Positions 16,975 to 26,581 are shown, numbered from the stretch's first letter. The stretch: DNA of 44,303 bases from an uncultured Dehalococcoidales bacterium (GCA_964474965.1 CAYYUO010000002.1:1-44303), one strand, 5' to 3'. The notes: generated by a model from the sequence alone, not told the origin. Program-made: numbers and translations.

Positions 16975-18705
16975 GTGCTAAGAGTTGGCATAGCTCAGAT
17001 TAATTCCACTGTAGGCGACCTCGGTGGTAATACTAGGAAAATAATGGAGTCCATTGACCAGGCGAAGTCGCTTGGAGTTGACTTGCTCACCTTCCCTGAG
17101 TTGGCTATAACCGGCTACCCTCCTGAAGATTTGCTGTTTAAACCACAGTTCATTAAACAAAACAAAGAAAACCTTAACAAAATAATCGAGCACAGTTCAG
17201 ATATAGCGGTAGTGGTGGGCTTCGTTGATAGTGATGGCGATATATACAATGCTGCCGCGGTGCTCTATAACAAAAAATTGGTTGGTGTTTACCATAAATT
17301 TTATCTGCCGAACTATGGTGTGTTTGATGAGGATAGATATTTCCAGGTAGGAAGGGAATATCCCGTTTTCATCATTTATGGCATCGGCATGGGCATAACC
17401 ATTTGTGAAGATATGTGGTACGAAGCCGGGCCGGCAATTGTTCAAGCCTATGCTGGAGCCACGGTGCTTATTAATATAAGCGCCTCCCCATATCATGCCG
17501 GAAAAGGGCTCTTTAGAGAGAGGATGCTTGCTACCAGAGCATCGGACAGTTTAGCTATTGTTGTCCATAATAATTTGGTGGGAGGGCAAGATGAGCTTGT
17601 ATTTGACGGCAATAGTTTGATTATCAATGAAAGAGGAGAGGTCATTGCTCGTGGGAAGCAGTTTGAGGAAGACTTTATAGTAGTTGATTTGGATGTAGAG
17701 TCGGTATTTCGCTCTCAGTTGCATGATTCTCGAAGAAGGAAAGAAACGCCATGGGTTAAGGAGAAACTAAAAGAAGCTACCAAGATAGAGGTTTCAAGTG
17801 AGTATCCGGCAATTGCCAAACCTCCTTTGTCGCTAAGGCGAGTCGGCAGACTGGATGAGCTTGCTGAGATTTACCAGGCCCTTGTTCTCGGCACCAGAGA
17901 CTATGTGCGCAAAAATGGCTTTGAGAAAGTAGTCATCGGTTTATCCGGTGGGGTTGATTCAAGTCTGGTAGCTGCCATAGCAACAGATGCTCTTGGTGCT
18001 GACAATGTCATAGGTATTTCCATGCCCTCTCGCTACTCATCACCGGGCAGCAAGTCGGATGCCGAAACTTTAGCAAGAAATCTAGGAATAGAGTTCAAGA
18101 TGATATCTATTGAAAAAACGTTTAGTTCCTATTTGGAAACACTGGCGGAGCCTTTCCAGAATACTCAACCGGATGTCACCGAAGAGAACATTCAGGCAAG
18201 AATCAGGGGCAACATTCTCTTTGCCTTATCCAATAAGTTCGGCTGGTTGGTGCTTGCTTGCAGCAATAAAAGCGAGACAGCTACAGGCTATACTACTCTT
18301 TCCGGAGACATGGCTGGGGGGTTTATTCCTCTGAAGGATGTGCCTAAGACATTGGTCCTCGAATTAGCCAGATATAATAATCGCCAGGCCGGTAAAGAGG
18401 TGATACCATCTTCTGTCTTAACCAAAGCACCATCGGCTGAACTAAGACCCGACCAAAAAGATATCGACACCTTGCCTCCATATGAAGTGTTGGACCCTAT
18501 TTTAAAGGCTTATGTGGAAGATGACGTGACGATTGACCAGATTATAGCCATGGGTTTTGACCGTGACATAGTTACAAAGGTGGCTCGCTTGGTAGACAGG
18601 AGTGAATATAAGCGCCGCCAAGCTGCCCCCGGTATAAAGATAACTCCCAGAGATTTTGGCCGGGATAGGAGATTGCCAATCACTAATCAATTCGGGGAGG
18701 AATAG
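16975..18705 (+). CDS. nadE: glutamine-dependent NAD+ synthetase (CN-hydrolase domain plus NAD synthetase domain)
   Basis: GTG start preceded by AAGGAGG. The N-terminal nitrilase-type domain has ICEDMW with the catalytic Cys. The C-terminal domain has the PP-loop SGGVDSS. Confidence 0.9.
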   Translation: MLRVGIAQINSTVGDLGGNTRKIMESIDQAKSLGVDLLTFPELAITGYPPEDLLFKPQFIKQNKENLNKIIEHSSDIAVVVGFVDSDGDIYNAAAVLYNKKLVGVYHKFYLPNYGVFDEDRYFQVGREYPVFIIYGIGMGITICEDMWYEAGPAIVQAYAGATVLINISASPYHAGKGLFRERMLATRASDSLAIVVHNNLVGGQDELVFDGNSLIINERGEVIARGKQFEEDFIVVDLDVESVFRSQLHDSRRRKETPWVKEKLKEATKIEVSSEYPAIAKPPLSLRRVGRLDELAEIYQALVLGTRDYVRKNGFEKVVIGLSGGVDSSLVAAIATDALGADNVIGISMPSRYSSPGSKSDAETLARNLGIEFKMISIEKTFSSYLETLAEPFQNTQPDVTEENIQARIRGNILFALSNKFGWLVLACSNKSETATGYTTLSGDMAGGFIPLKDVPKTLVLELARYNNRQAGKEVIPSSVLTKAPSAELRPDQKDIDTLPPYEVLDPILKAYVEDDVTIDQIIAMGFDRDIVTKVARLVDRSEYKRRQAAPGIKITPRDFGRDRRLPITNQFGEE

Positions 18706-18706
18706 C

Positions 18707-18931
18707 TTGAGGAAAATCGGTGGTATCTTGCTGGCAGTCGGCCTGGGCATTTTGATAGGCTGGGGGCTTTACTGGTTCTTTCGTCTGGCTTTCTTATCAT
18801 TGCCCTTGCCGGTTAAGATTGCTATTGCCGCGATAGCTGTAGGGCTTATTATTCTTCTGGCATCGCTAGGTTGGGAGAGGTATCGAGCATCCAAGGAGGA
18901 AAAGGAAAAATTCAAGGAGGTAGAAAAATGA
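18707..18931 (+). CDS. small membrane protein, two predicted TM helices, K/E-rich tail
   Basis: TTG at 18707 preceded by GGGGAGG. Sequence reads LRKIGGILLAVGLGILIGWGLYWFF...IAIAAIAVGLIILLASL...KEEKEKFKEVEK. An ATGA overlap joins it to the next gene. Confidence 0.5.
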   Translation: MRKIGGILLAVGLGILIGWGLYWFFRLAFLSLPLPVKIAIAAIAVGLIILLASLGWERYRASKEEKEKFKEVEK

Positions 18932-19242
18932 TTGTGGTTACCACAGAGCAAATAGAGGGCAAAAGGATAACAGAAACCCTGGGTTTGGTCAGAGGCAGCA
19001 CTATCAGGGCCAGGCATATGGGGCGTGATATTATGGCTGGCTTGCGCAACATTGTTGGTGGTGAAGTCAAAGAGTACACCTTAATGCTGGCACAGGCTCG
19101 GGAAGAAGCACTGCAAAGGATGATTGAACAAGCTGAGAAGATGGGTGCTAATGCCATAATATGTACCAGGTTTGTAACCTCAATGGTGATGTCTGGAGCT
19201 GCTGAAATGGTAGCCTATGGAACAGCGGTGAAAGTGGCGTAA
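18928..19242 (+). CDS. YbjQ/UPF0145 family protein
   Basis: MIVVTTEQIEGKRITETLGLVRG...GGEVKEYT...REEALQRM...AEKMGANAIIC...AYGTAVKV, the typical YbjQ pattern. I prefer the ATG at 18928. Confidence 0.8.
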   Translation: MIVVTTEQIEGKRITETLGLVRGSTIRARHMGRDIMAGLRNIVGGEVKEYTLMLAQAREEALQRMIEQAEKMGANAIICTRFVTSMVMSGAAEMVAYGTAVKVA

Positions 19243-19443
19243 GTTTGAGTTGGCTATGCTCAATGCTCAGAGCAAAGTTAGCTTCTTCATATTAGTGCAT
19301 ATCCCCCTTTTTATAGCCTGATTTAACCTTCTTCAGGATAGCAGTAACCGGGCTATATTCTAGAAATTTCAGGTTAGATTTTAGACGATTCAAATTGATA
19401 ATTGGACAGGGGGTGGATTTTATGATATCATACCCTAGCTTAT

Positions 19444-19525
19444 GACAGGAAAGGAGGGTGAAAATCTCACAAGGAGGGTAGTAGATGCTGTGAGCTGAGC
19501 AGGATGAGATTAACCTGGGGCTGTC
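19444..19525 (+). other. candidate structured leader element within a 509-nt gene-free region
   Basis: AAGGAGGGT occurs twice (19451-19459 and 19471-19479). The nested stem GACAG/CTGTC (19444-48 / 19521-25) encloses two mutually exclusive hairpins: CTCACA/TGTGAG (19466-71 / 19489-94) and AATCTCA/TGAGATT (19463-69 / 19505-11). The second SD-like motif precedes ATG-CTG-TGA (19484-19492). Confidence 0.3.
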
Positions 19526-19751
19526 TATCTACTTTCTTCTCACAATAACTGGATCACCCTGTGCATAATGCAAAGTTAATTTTGTTTACATCCTAGTTTT
19601 AGTTTTTTAAAGGTTTCCAAATTACCAAGAATTAGTTTTCGCTACGCTCGAAGTTGCCCTCGGCTGAATGTTCGTTACTCCCATATTTTGTCCTATACGA
19701 GGCAAAAACGTTAACGCGCAGCATGCCGGATGAAAGGAAGGTTATAGTAGT

Positions 19752-20435
19752 ATGATTGTCACTAACGATAGAGTCGATGTCGATATTGAAATCGACAAAA
19801 AGCAACTGTGCCACTACATAGGGTACAATGATGGACATAAGCTGTCAGCACGTATTTCTTCTCTAATTGATGACTATGCAGAGCACGCTCACTACCTTAT
19901 TAACCCTTTGCATTCGTATGTCATCAAGGATGTGGAATGGGCTCGAGGCTCCATCTCCTTGATTGAAGGTTCGGTTATCTTCAAAAGCCGAATTATCGCC
20001 CGGTTGCTGGAGCGTTGTTCCCAGGTGGCGATATTCGTGGTGACAATAGGCAAATACCTGGAGGAGACAACAGCTCAACTAGCCAAAGACGGGCTAATAC
20101 TCCAAGCGACTGTTTTGGATGCAATAGGGTCAGGTGCTGTGGAGAAGGTGGCGGACTTTGTCCAAGACAGAATAAAGGATATAGCCGAGGCTCAGGGACT
20201 TGTCACCAGCCAGCGCTTTAGTCCCGGCTATTGCGACTGGAACGTAGGTCAGCAACGGATGCTCTTCTATGCCCTAACTGGTAATACGTTAGGGATTCGC
20301 TTGACCGGGGAGTGTCTAATGGTTCCCCAGAAGTCAATTTCGGGCATTATCGGTATCGGATCCTCAATCAATGATGTAGAGAACTACAACCCTTGCAAGA
20401 CCTGTACTAAACAAGATTGTCCAGGAAGGAGGTAA
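19752..20435 (+). CDS. stand-alone MetH activation-domain-like protein (B12-dependent methionine synthase activation region family)
   Basis: 227 aa with the core RFSPGYCDWNVGQQRMLF and KSISGIIGIG, typical of the MetH reactivation (SAM-binding) domain. The C-terminal tail is Cys-rich: CKTCTKQDCPGRR. Confidence 0.75.
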   Translation: MIVTNDRVDVDIEIDKKQLCHYIGYNDGHKLSARISSLIDDYAEHAHYLINPLHSYVIKDVEWARGSISLIEGSVIFKSRIIARLLERCSQVAIFVVTIGKYLEETTAQLAKDGLILQATVLDAIGSGAVEKVADFVQDRIKDIAEAQGLVTSQRFSPGYCDWNVGQQRMLFYALTGNTLGIRLTGECLMVPQKSISGIIGIGSSINDVENYNPCKTCTKQDCPGRR

Positions 20436-20446
20436 ACTCGAGGATA

Positions 20447-21886
20447 ATGACCCGCAAAGGACTGGAGGGAGGCAGTTTTAAAGTTCTAACTGAAGATTCC
20501 ATATTGAAGGTGCACCAGACTGTGATGCAAGTGATTGAAGAGGTAGGCTTTGAGGTGCAGTCGGAAATGGCACTGGAGCTTTTCGAGGGAGCTGGAGCCA
20601 AGGTAGATTGGGGAAAGCACTTGGTGTGGCTGAAGGAAAGCAAAGTCAAGGAGCTTATTGAAGCGGCACCATCGGAAATTAGACTCTGTGGACAGGATGA
20701 AGCACATGATATTATTTTGGGCGGCCGGCGAGTGTATGCTGGAACGGGTGGCACGGCACTTTATGTCTATCAGCCTGATGTTAACCAGAAAAGACTGGCA
20801 AGCATGGAAGACCTGCGATGCATCGCCAGATTGGTTGATAAGCTGGATAACATCCACTTTTTTCTGCTGCCGACATATCCCAATGAACTGCCTTTGGAAC
20901 AGGTAGATGTGAACCGGTTTTTCGCCGGACTGGACAATACCACCAAGCATGTTATGGGGGGTGTTTATACGCTTGATGGTGCGGAACAGGTGATACGGAT
21001 GGCACAAATCGTTGCCGGCTCTGCTGAAAATCTTCGCCAGCGCCCCCTGATATCCATGATAGCATGCATCATAAGCCCGCTAAGGATAGACAAGACATAT
21101 GGCGATATGATCGTGACCATTGCTAGAAATGGCATGCCTGTAGCTTGCCCCTCCGAACCATTGTGCGGTGCCACTTCACCGGTTACGCTCGCTGGAACCC
21201 TGGTAGTCCAAACCGTAGATTCGCTATTGGGTGTAATGCTTACTCAGATTGTAAACCCGGGGACACCGGTCCTCTTCGGTTCGGTCGCTACAAATACTGA
21301 CTTGAGGGACCTAAAGTACCTGGCAGGTTCAGTTGAAATGGGTTTGCTCAACGCAGCTGGCGCACAGATGGCGCAGTTCTATCAACTTCCTTTCTATGCT
21401 ACTGGTGGCATGACCGATTCTAAAGTTCTCGATGCTCAGAGTGGCTATGAGTCTGCTTTGACCAACTTGCTCTGTGCACTTTCAGGAGCTAACTTCATTC
21501 ATGATGCTGCTGGGCTTATGGAGTTCGCAATGACCGTGTGTTATGAAAAGTATGTCATGGATAACGAGATACTGGGCATGGTGATGAGAGCCGTGGATGG
21601 AATCAAAGTGGATGATGATACTCTGGCCTTTGACCTCATAAAGCAGGTAGGACCGGGAGGTGATTTCGTAGCTGCCCGACATACAAGGCACTTCATGCGC
21701 AGCGAGCACTACCAGCCGTCTCTGAGCGACAGAAATAGCCAGGAGGAATGGCTAGCCAAAGGCGGAAAAGTGACATGGGAAAGAGCTTCAGAAATTGTAA
21801 ATGAGCTTCTGGCTAAGCCTAAATACAGCCTCCCCTCACCGATAAGACAGCAGGTATTATCACAAATCAAGGGGATAATTGCTTAA
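20447..21886 (+). CDS. MttB-superfamily methyltransferase 1, non-pyrrolysine
   Basis: 479 aa, uninterrupted, with no in-frame TAG. The N-terminus reads LTEDSILKVHQTVMQVIEEVGFEV. Length and internal blocks (GGTALYV, FYATGGMTDSK, GPGGDF) fit the trimethylamine methyltransferase MttB family. Confidence 0.85.
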   Translation: MTRKGLEGGSFKVLTEDSILKVHQTVMQVIEEVGFEVQSEMALELFEGAGAKVDWGKHLVWLKESKVKELIEAAPSEIRLCGQDEAHDIILGGRRVYAGTGGTALYVYQPDVNQKRLASMEDLRCIARLVDKLDNIHFFLLPTYPNELPLEQVDVNRFFAGLDNTTKHVMGGVYTLDGAEQVIRMAQIVAGSAENLRQRPLISMIACIISPLRIDKTYGDMIVTIARNGMPVACPSEPLCGATSPVTLAGTLVVQTVDSLLGVMLTQIVNPGTPVLFGSVATNTDLRDLKYLAGSVEMGLLNAAGAQMAQFYQLPFYATGGMTDSKVLDAQSGYESALTNLLCALSGANFIHDAAGLMEFAMTVCYEKYVMDNEILGMVMRAVDGIKVDDDTLAFDLIKQVGPGGDFVAARHTRHFMRSEHYQPSLSDRNSQEEWLAKGGKVTWERASEIVNELLAKPKYSLPSPIRQQVLSQIKGIIA

Positions 21887-22042
21887 AATATGCTTATAAT
21901 CGGAGAAAACATAAGTGCGACAGATTTCAAAAGTACCGATAGAAACCGTAAGATCCAATATAAATTCAAGTGAACATGTACAATGCTCTAACTGATGTCC
22001 AACAAGTCATGCAGCTTAATAGATTAAAACTGGAGGATGATA

Positions 22043-22735
22043 ATGCCAGAGGACATAATTAGCTTAATCCAGGAAAATGTTATCCAGGGAAGGGTGACCA
22101 AGGATGACGAAGGTATGGATGAAGGGATGGTAGGTCAGCCCGGCGTTACCGAGCTTGTTGAGAAGGCCCTTGCCTCTGGCTTGAGTATTAAGGACATAAT
22201 CACTAAGGGGCTCTCTGGTGGTATGAACATTGTGGGGCAAAAATTTGAAGCGGGGAAATACTTTATTCCTGATATGCTAGCTTCGGCACAGGCAGTTGGA
22301 GCAGCCATGGAAATACTTGAGCCATACCTTGCTGGGAGTGGTATCAATGCCAAGGGCAAGATAATTGTGGCTACGCTAAAAGATGACCTTCACGATATTG
22401 GCAAGAACATAGTATCCATTCTGCTTCGTGGGGCAGGATACACTGTCAAAGACCTGGGAAACAATGTTGACATTCAGGTCATTGTAGACGCAGTAAGGGA
22501 GGAAAAACCACAGTTCCTGGGTTTGTCCGCCCTGCTCACCAGCACCATGGCCCGCATGGCGGATGTGATACAAATGCTTGAGGAAAATGGGCTTAGGGAT
22601 CAGGTTAAGGTTGTAGTCGGCGGAGCACCTGTCTCAGAGGAGTTTGCTAAAAGCATCGGCGCTGATGGATATGGCGCGGATGGCTTTCAGGCTATAGCTG
22701 TGGTGGAAGCTCTCAATTCCGACACGGAGAACTAG
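22043..22735 (+). CDS. corrinoid (B12-binding) protein 1
   Basis: It has an N-terminal helical cap domain and a B12-binding Rossmann domain with the DxHxxG motif DDLHDIGKN and SALLTSTM. GGAGG lies 6 nt upstream of the ATG at 22043. Confidence 0.85.
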   Translation: MPEDIISLIQENVIQGRVTKDDEGMDEGMVGQPGVTELVEKALASGLSIKDIITKGLSGGMNIVGQKFEAGKYFIPDMLASAQAVGAAMEILEPYLAGSGINAKGKIIVATLKDDLHDIGKNIVSILLRGAGYTVKDLGNNVDIQVIVDAVREEKPQFLGLSALLTSTMARMADVIQMLEENGLRDQVKVVVGGAPVSEEFAKSIGADGYGADGFQAIAVVEALNSDTEN

Positions 22736-22782
22736 AATAGCAATCATTCTATTGCAGACTTATTATCTGAAGGAAGGAGCTG

Positions 22783-24321
22783 GTGCCAAGAAAAGGAATA
22801 CTTGTCGATAAGCCATACGAGAGGTTGACGAGGGAGCAGGTGGAGCTAATTCACCAGGCTTCCATGCAGATACTGACTGACCCCGGGCTAATAAGCTTCA
22901 ACCGGGAAGCAGTGGATATACTCCATAGTCATGGCGCAGCGGTTGAGTCCATCCCCGGTGACCATCAGAGCTGGCAGGTAAAGATACCAGAGCAGGTGGT
23001 ATTAAGTGCGATGAACTCAGCTCCCAAGACTGTGAAATTGGGGGCTCGGAATCCAGATAATACCCTCATCATGCACGGCGACGAGCCAAGAGTGTACTTA
23101 ATCACCGGCTCGGAGACCAACATCTGGCTGGATGTCGATTTCCCTACCTATGTGAGTAAGACTGACTCTACCAAAGAGATTAGAGTGCCTGAGTTCAAGC
23201 CCAGGCGGGGCACAGTTGATGACCTATGCCAGTCAGCCCATGTCTGTGAGCACCTGGAGATGGTAGATGGCTACATTCGCACCGTGAATATCCAGGACCG
23301 CGACATAACCGAGGATAATAAAGACGTCAATAAATTTTTCGCCTCGCTCAATAACAATACGAAGCACTTCATGAGCGGGTTGACCAGTTTAAAACAGCTT
23401 GACAACGTGGTGAGGATGGCAGAGCTCATCGCTGGAGGCAAAAAGGCGCTTGAAGATAACCCCATCATCTCGTTTATCACCTGCCTGGTTAAGAGCCCGC
23501 TCCAGTTTGTAGACGATACAACAGGTACTTTCATTGAAGTATGTCGCCGAGGATTGCCGATCGTTGTGTCATCATCACCACAAGCGGGCACCACTGCACC
23601 TATCAAGGAAGCCGGTATCATGGCTCAGATAAACGCGGAGGTATTGGCAGGCATAACGCTGGGGCAACTGGTAAAACCGGGAACCCCGGTACTCTACGGC
23701 AGCGTACCGGTCAGAGCCAGGATGGATACCTTGGGTGATTCTTATGGCTCTGTCGAGACCAGTCAGTACAACATCGACTGTGTTCAGATGGCACGTTTCT
23801 ACAGGCTCCCCAACTACTCTACTTCCGGCGTCTGTGACTCGAAGATACCTGGCCAGCAATCATCGATAGAGAGGCTTTTTTCGGATATAGTGGTCACCAT
23901 GTCAGGACCTCAGTTCTTGCACTGTGCCTTTGGTTTGCTGGATTGTAATTCTGTCTTCTGTCTGCTTCAGGCGGTCTTGGACGATGCCCATTTCAAGATG
24001 ATAGAGTTTTTCTTGCGGCAGCCACGGATTGCCCAGCCGGAGCTGGAAGCAATGCTGAAACAGATACGTGAGGCAGTGGCTACGCCGCAAAAACTATACA
24101 TAGGCTATATTCGGCCCCTGTTGCGCAGTGGTGAAATATCTGGGCTATATCCCTTTGAGGGAAATGGTGAGGCTGATGATGTTTTCGAGTTCGCCTATGA
24201 ACGGATGAAGAAATTGCTGGCAAGACCGGTGGAACACATTGATCAGGAGACAACTGCCAGAATATTCGAAGAAATTCCCGGTATATTACCACGACTTAAC
24301 ATTTATGAAAGAGAGCGTTAG
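22783..24321 (+). CDS. MttB-superfamily methyltransferase 2, non-pyrrolysine
   Basis: 512 aa with a GTG start after AGGAAGGAG, uninterrupted. LTREQVELIHQASMQILTDPG at the N-terminus. It is a paralog of the 20447-21886 product. Confidence 0.85.
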   Translation: MPRKGILVDKPYERLTREQVELIHQASMQILTDPGLISFNREAVDILHSHGAAVESIPGDHQSWQVKIPEQVVLSAMNSAPKTVKLGARNPDNTLIMHGDEPRVYLITGSETNIWLDVDFPTYVSKTDSTKEIRVPEFKPRRGTVDDLCQSAHVCEHLEMVDGYIRTVNIQDRDITEDNKDVNKFFASLNNNTKHFMSGLTSLKQLDNVVRMAELIAGGKKALEDNPIISFITCLVKSPLQFVDDTTGTFIEVCRRGLPIVVSSSPQAGTTAPIKEAGIMAQINAEVLAGITLGQLVKPGTPVLYGSVPVRARMDTLGDSYGSVETSQYNIDCVQMARFYRLPNYSTSGVCDSKIPGQQSSIERLFSDIVVTMSGPQFLHCAFGLLDCNSVFCLLQAVLDDAHFKMIEFFLRQPRIAQPELEAMLKQIREAVATPQKLYIGYIRPLLRSGEISGLYPFEGNGEADDVFEFAYERMKKLLARPVEHIDQETTARIFEEIPGILPRLNIYERER

Positions 24322-24322
24322 C

Positions 24323-25012
24323 ATGAACAAGGATATAATTGCGACAATTAAGAAGAATGTGATACAGGGAAGAAAGACGCAGGAGGATGTGGGGATAGAT
24401 GATAATCTCGCCAGAACACCAGGCGTGGTAGAACTCGTGCAACAAGCTCTTGAGAGTAATATTTCGCCGCAAGTGATAATAACAGAGGGCTTGACTGCTG
24501 GGATGCAGGTGGTCGGTGAGAAGTTTTCTACCAAAGAGTACTTTATTCCGGATATGCTTGCCTCGGCTGAAGCGGTAGGAGCGGCGATGGATATTATGAG
24601 GCCAGTGCTGGAGTCAGCGAACGTGGAGACCAAGGGGAAATTCGCCATCGCTACAGTGAAGGGAGATATCCACGATATCGGCAAAAACATCGTTGCTATC
24701 CTGTTGAAAGGCGCTGGTTACGAGGTGCATGACCTGGGAGTAGATGTGCCTACGGAAAAGGTTGTGGAGATTATCAGGAAAGAAACCCCCGATTTTCTGG
24801 GGCTTTCTGCATTGCTGACTACTACAATGGTGGTCATGGGAGAGGTAATTGAGGCGCTGAAGGAGAATGGTCTTAGAGATAAGGTCAAGGTCCTGATTGG
24901 AGGAGCAGCGGTCTCCGACGAATATGCCCAGGAGATAGGAGCTGATGCCTATTGTGTGGATGGCTTCCACGCTATTAAGGTGCTTGATGCTTTCCAGGAA
25001 GCGAAGGCATAG
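24323..25012 (+). CDS. corrinoid (B12-binding) protein 2
   Basis: DxHxxG motif GDIHDIGKN and SALLTTTM. By eye it is roughly 55-60% identical to corrinoid protein 1. The ATG at 24323 lies 1 nt after the mttB-2 stop. Confidence 0.85.
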   Translation: MNKDIIATIKKNVIQGRKTQEDVGIDDNLARTPGVVELVQQALESNISPQVIITEGLTAGMQVVGEKFSTKEYFIPDMLASAEAVGAAMDIMRPVLESANVETKGKFAIATVKGDIHDIGKNIVAILLKGAGYEVHDLGVDVPTEKVVEIIRKETPDFLGLSALLTTTMVVMGEVIEALKENGLRDKVKVLIGGAAVSDEYAQEIGADAYCVDGFHAIKVLDAFQEAKA

Positions 25013-25048
25013 TGCAAATGAAGCCATTTTGAGAAAAGGAGAGCAATT

Positions 25049-26533
25049 ATGGCCGGAATTGCGGGAATTCAAGGCGCTGACAATGGCGAACTGAATAATA
25101 TGCTTGAGAGGATCAAGCATAGAGGTCCGCACGAGACCTGGATAAACCGGGAACAAGGAATCAACATGGGGTGCTGCGAGCTGAATGTGGGAGGAAATTC
25201 GAAACCCGGGGCACATCATGCGTCTGATGGGCAAAGGGCAATTGTGCTTGATGGACGTATATATAATCAAGAAAAGGCAGACATGACTGATGCCGGGGCG
25301 GTGCTCTACTTATACGACATGTTTGGCACCAATTTTGCTCAGAAATTGCATGGGAACTTTGCCTGTGCTATTTCTGACGGAGACAAGTTGATACTGGCTC
25401 GCGATACTCTAGGCATAAAACCCCTTTACTACGGGCACAGCGATGGAAAACTAATCTTTGCCTCAGAGTTGAAGAGCCTGGTGGGCATATCCGATGATAT
25501 CAAGGAATTCCCACCTGGTTATGTATACTCCCATGAGCTAGGATTTCAGCAATATACCTGCAGGGCCGTAGAAACCCCCGAGTTTCAGAGTTTTGAACAG
25601 GCCAGGAAGGTGCTAGCCAACCTGCTGGCAGTAGCCACGGAGAGACGGATGAGGGACAACTCTATTGGCGGGGTCTTTCTAAGCGGAGGCCTAGATAGCA
25701 GCCTCATAATGCTTCTGGCCAAAGAGGTTAAGCCGGATATCGAAGCCTTTACCGTAAGTATGGAGGGTGGAACAGACCTTCCCCTAGCTCAAGAGGTGAC
25801 CAAATACCTGGGTGTTAAGCATCATGTCTTGATGTTCAGCGAGAAGGAGATAATGGAGATATTGCCTCAGGCCATACACCACATAGAGATGTTCGAGGAA
25901 AGCTGTGTGCATGGAGCAATTGCCAATTTCCTGGCAGCGCGATTTGTCAGCCCTTATACTGATTGTGTTCTCACCGGAGAAGGGGCTGACGAGTTTCTCG
26001 CCGGATACGATGGTCAGTTCAGGCGAGGAGAGACACCTGAGGAGGTTGCCTGCATAGTTGACCTGCTTAGCTATGTAGCTCATAACACCGCATTACAGAG
26101 GCTGGACAGATTGATGGCGGCACACTCCATGGAAGCCCGCACGCCTTTTGTTGATGCCAAAGTAGTTGACTTTTCTATCAAGATACCCTTGAGTTGCAAG
26201 ATCCATGGCGAAAAGCAGATAGGAAAATGGATCCTGCGCAAGGCATTTGAGGGTCGTCTGCCCGACAGCATCATCTTCCAGACAAAACGTTTTTTCGCCC
26301 AGGGTTCGGGAGTAGCCAGCATCATGCGCTCGCTGGCTGAGAAGCATGTTTCTGAAAGCGAACTGGCGGAACATAACAGTAAAGAGGAGAATCCATATTT
26401 GTCTTCTACAGAGGAGCTGTACTACTATCGGATATTCAAGGAGACATTCCCCCAGCCAGTGTTCGACCGTCTAGTGGGTAGGTGGGATCCCACCAGAACA
26501 GATTTCTTTAGACGCTACGTAAGGAGAGTTTAA
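25049..26533 (+). CDS. asparagine synthetase B-like protein with degenerate glutaminase site
   Basis: The N-terminus is MAGIAGI where AsnB has MCGI. The NGE glutamine-binding block is replaced by DGR (LDGRIYN). The synthetase PP-loop SGGLDSS is intact. AAAGGAGAG precedes the ATG. Confidence 0.8.
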   Translation: MAGIAGIQGADNGELNNMLERIKHRGPHETWINREQGINMGCCELNVGGNSKPGAHHASDGQRAIVLDGRIYNQEKADMTDAGAVLYLYDMFGTNFAQKLHGNFACAISDGDKLILARDTLGIKPLYYGHSDGKLIFASELKSLVGISDDIKEFPPGYVYSHELGFQQYTCRAVETPEFQSFEQARKVLANLLAVATERRMRDNSIGGVFLSGGLDSSLIMLLAKEVKPDIEAFTVSMEGGTDLPLAQEVTKYLGVKHHVLMFSEKEIMEILPQAIHHIEMFEESCVHGAIANFLAARFVSPYTDCVLTGEGADEFLAGYDGQFRRGETPEEVACIVDLLSYVAHNTALQRLDRLMAAHSMEARTPFVDAKVVDFSIKIPLSCKIHGEKQIGKWILRKAFEGRLPDSIIFQTKRFFAQGSGVASIMRSLAEKHVSESELAEHNSKEENPYLSSTEELYYYRIFKETFPQPVFDRLVGRWDPTRTDFFRRYVRRV

Positions 26534-26581
26534 TGTCAGCTAGAAGAAGGCTGAAGCTTTAAATGAAAGAAGGTAATAGAT

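Noticed and set aside
19243-19751. A cobalamin riboswitch in the long leader upstream of the corrinoid module.
   Set aside because: I could not find a B12-box-like core or the characteristic surrounding helices. I left the region as an unclassified structured-leader candidate.
20486-21007. Long antisense ORFs inside the methyltransferase module: 20486-21007 minus, 20407-20754 minus, 24286-24690 minus and 24614-25270 minus.
   Set aside because: They overlap well-supported MttB, corrinoid and AsnB-like genes on the opposite strand. They have no ribosome-binding sites or family signatures.
20447-24321. Possibility that the MttB genes are pyrrolysine-encoding, with in-frame TAG read-through.
   Set aside because: Both ORFs are full length (479 and 512 aa) without any internal stop, and no pyl genes are in the window. 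I treat them as non-Pyl family members.
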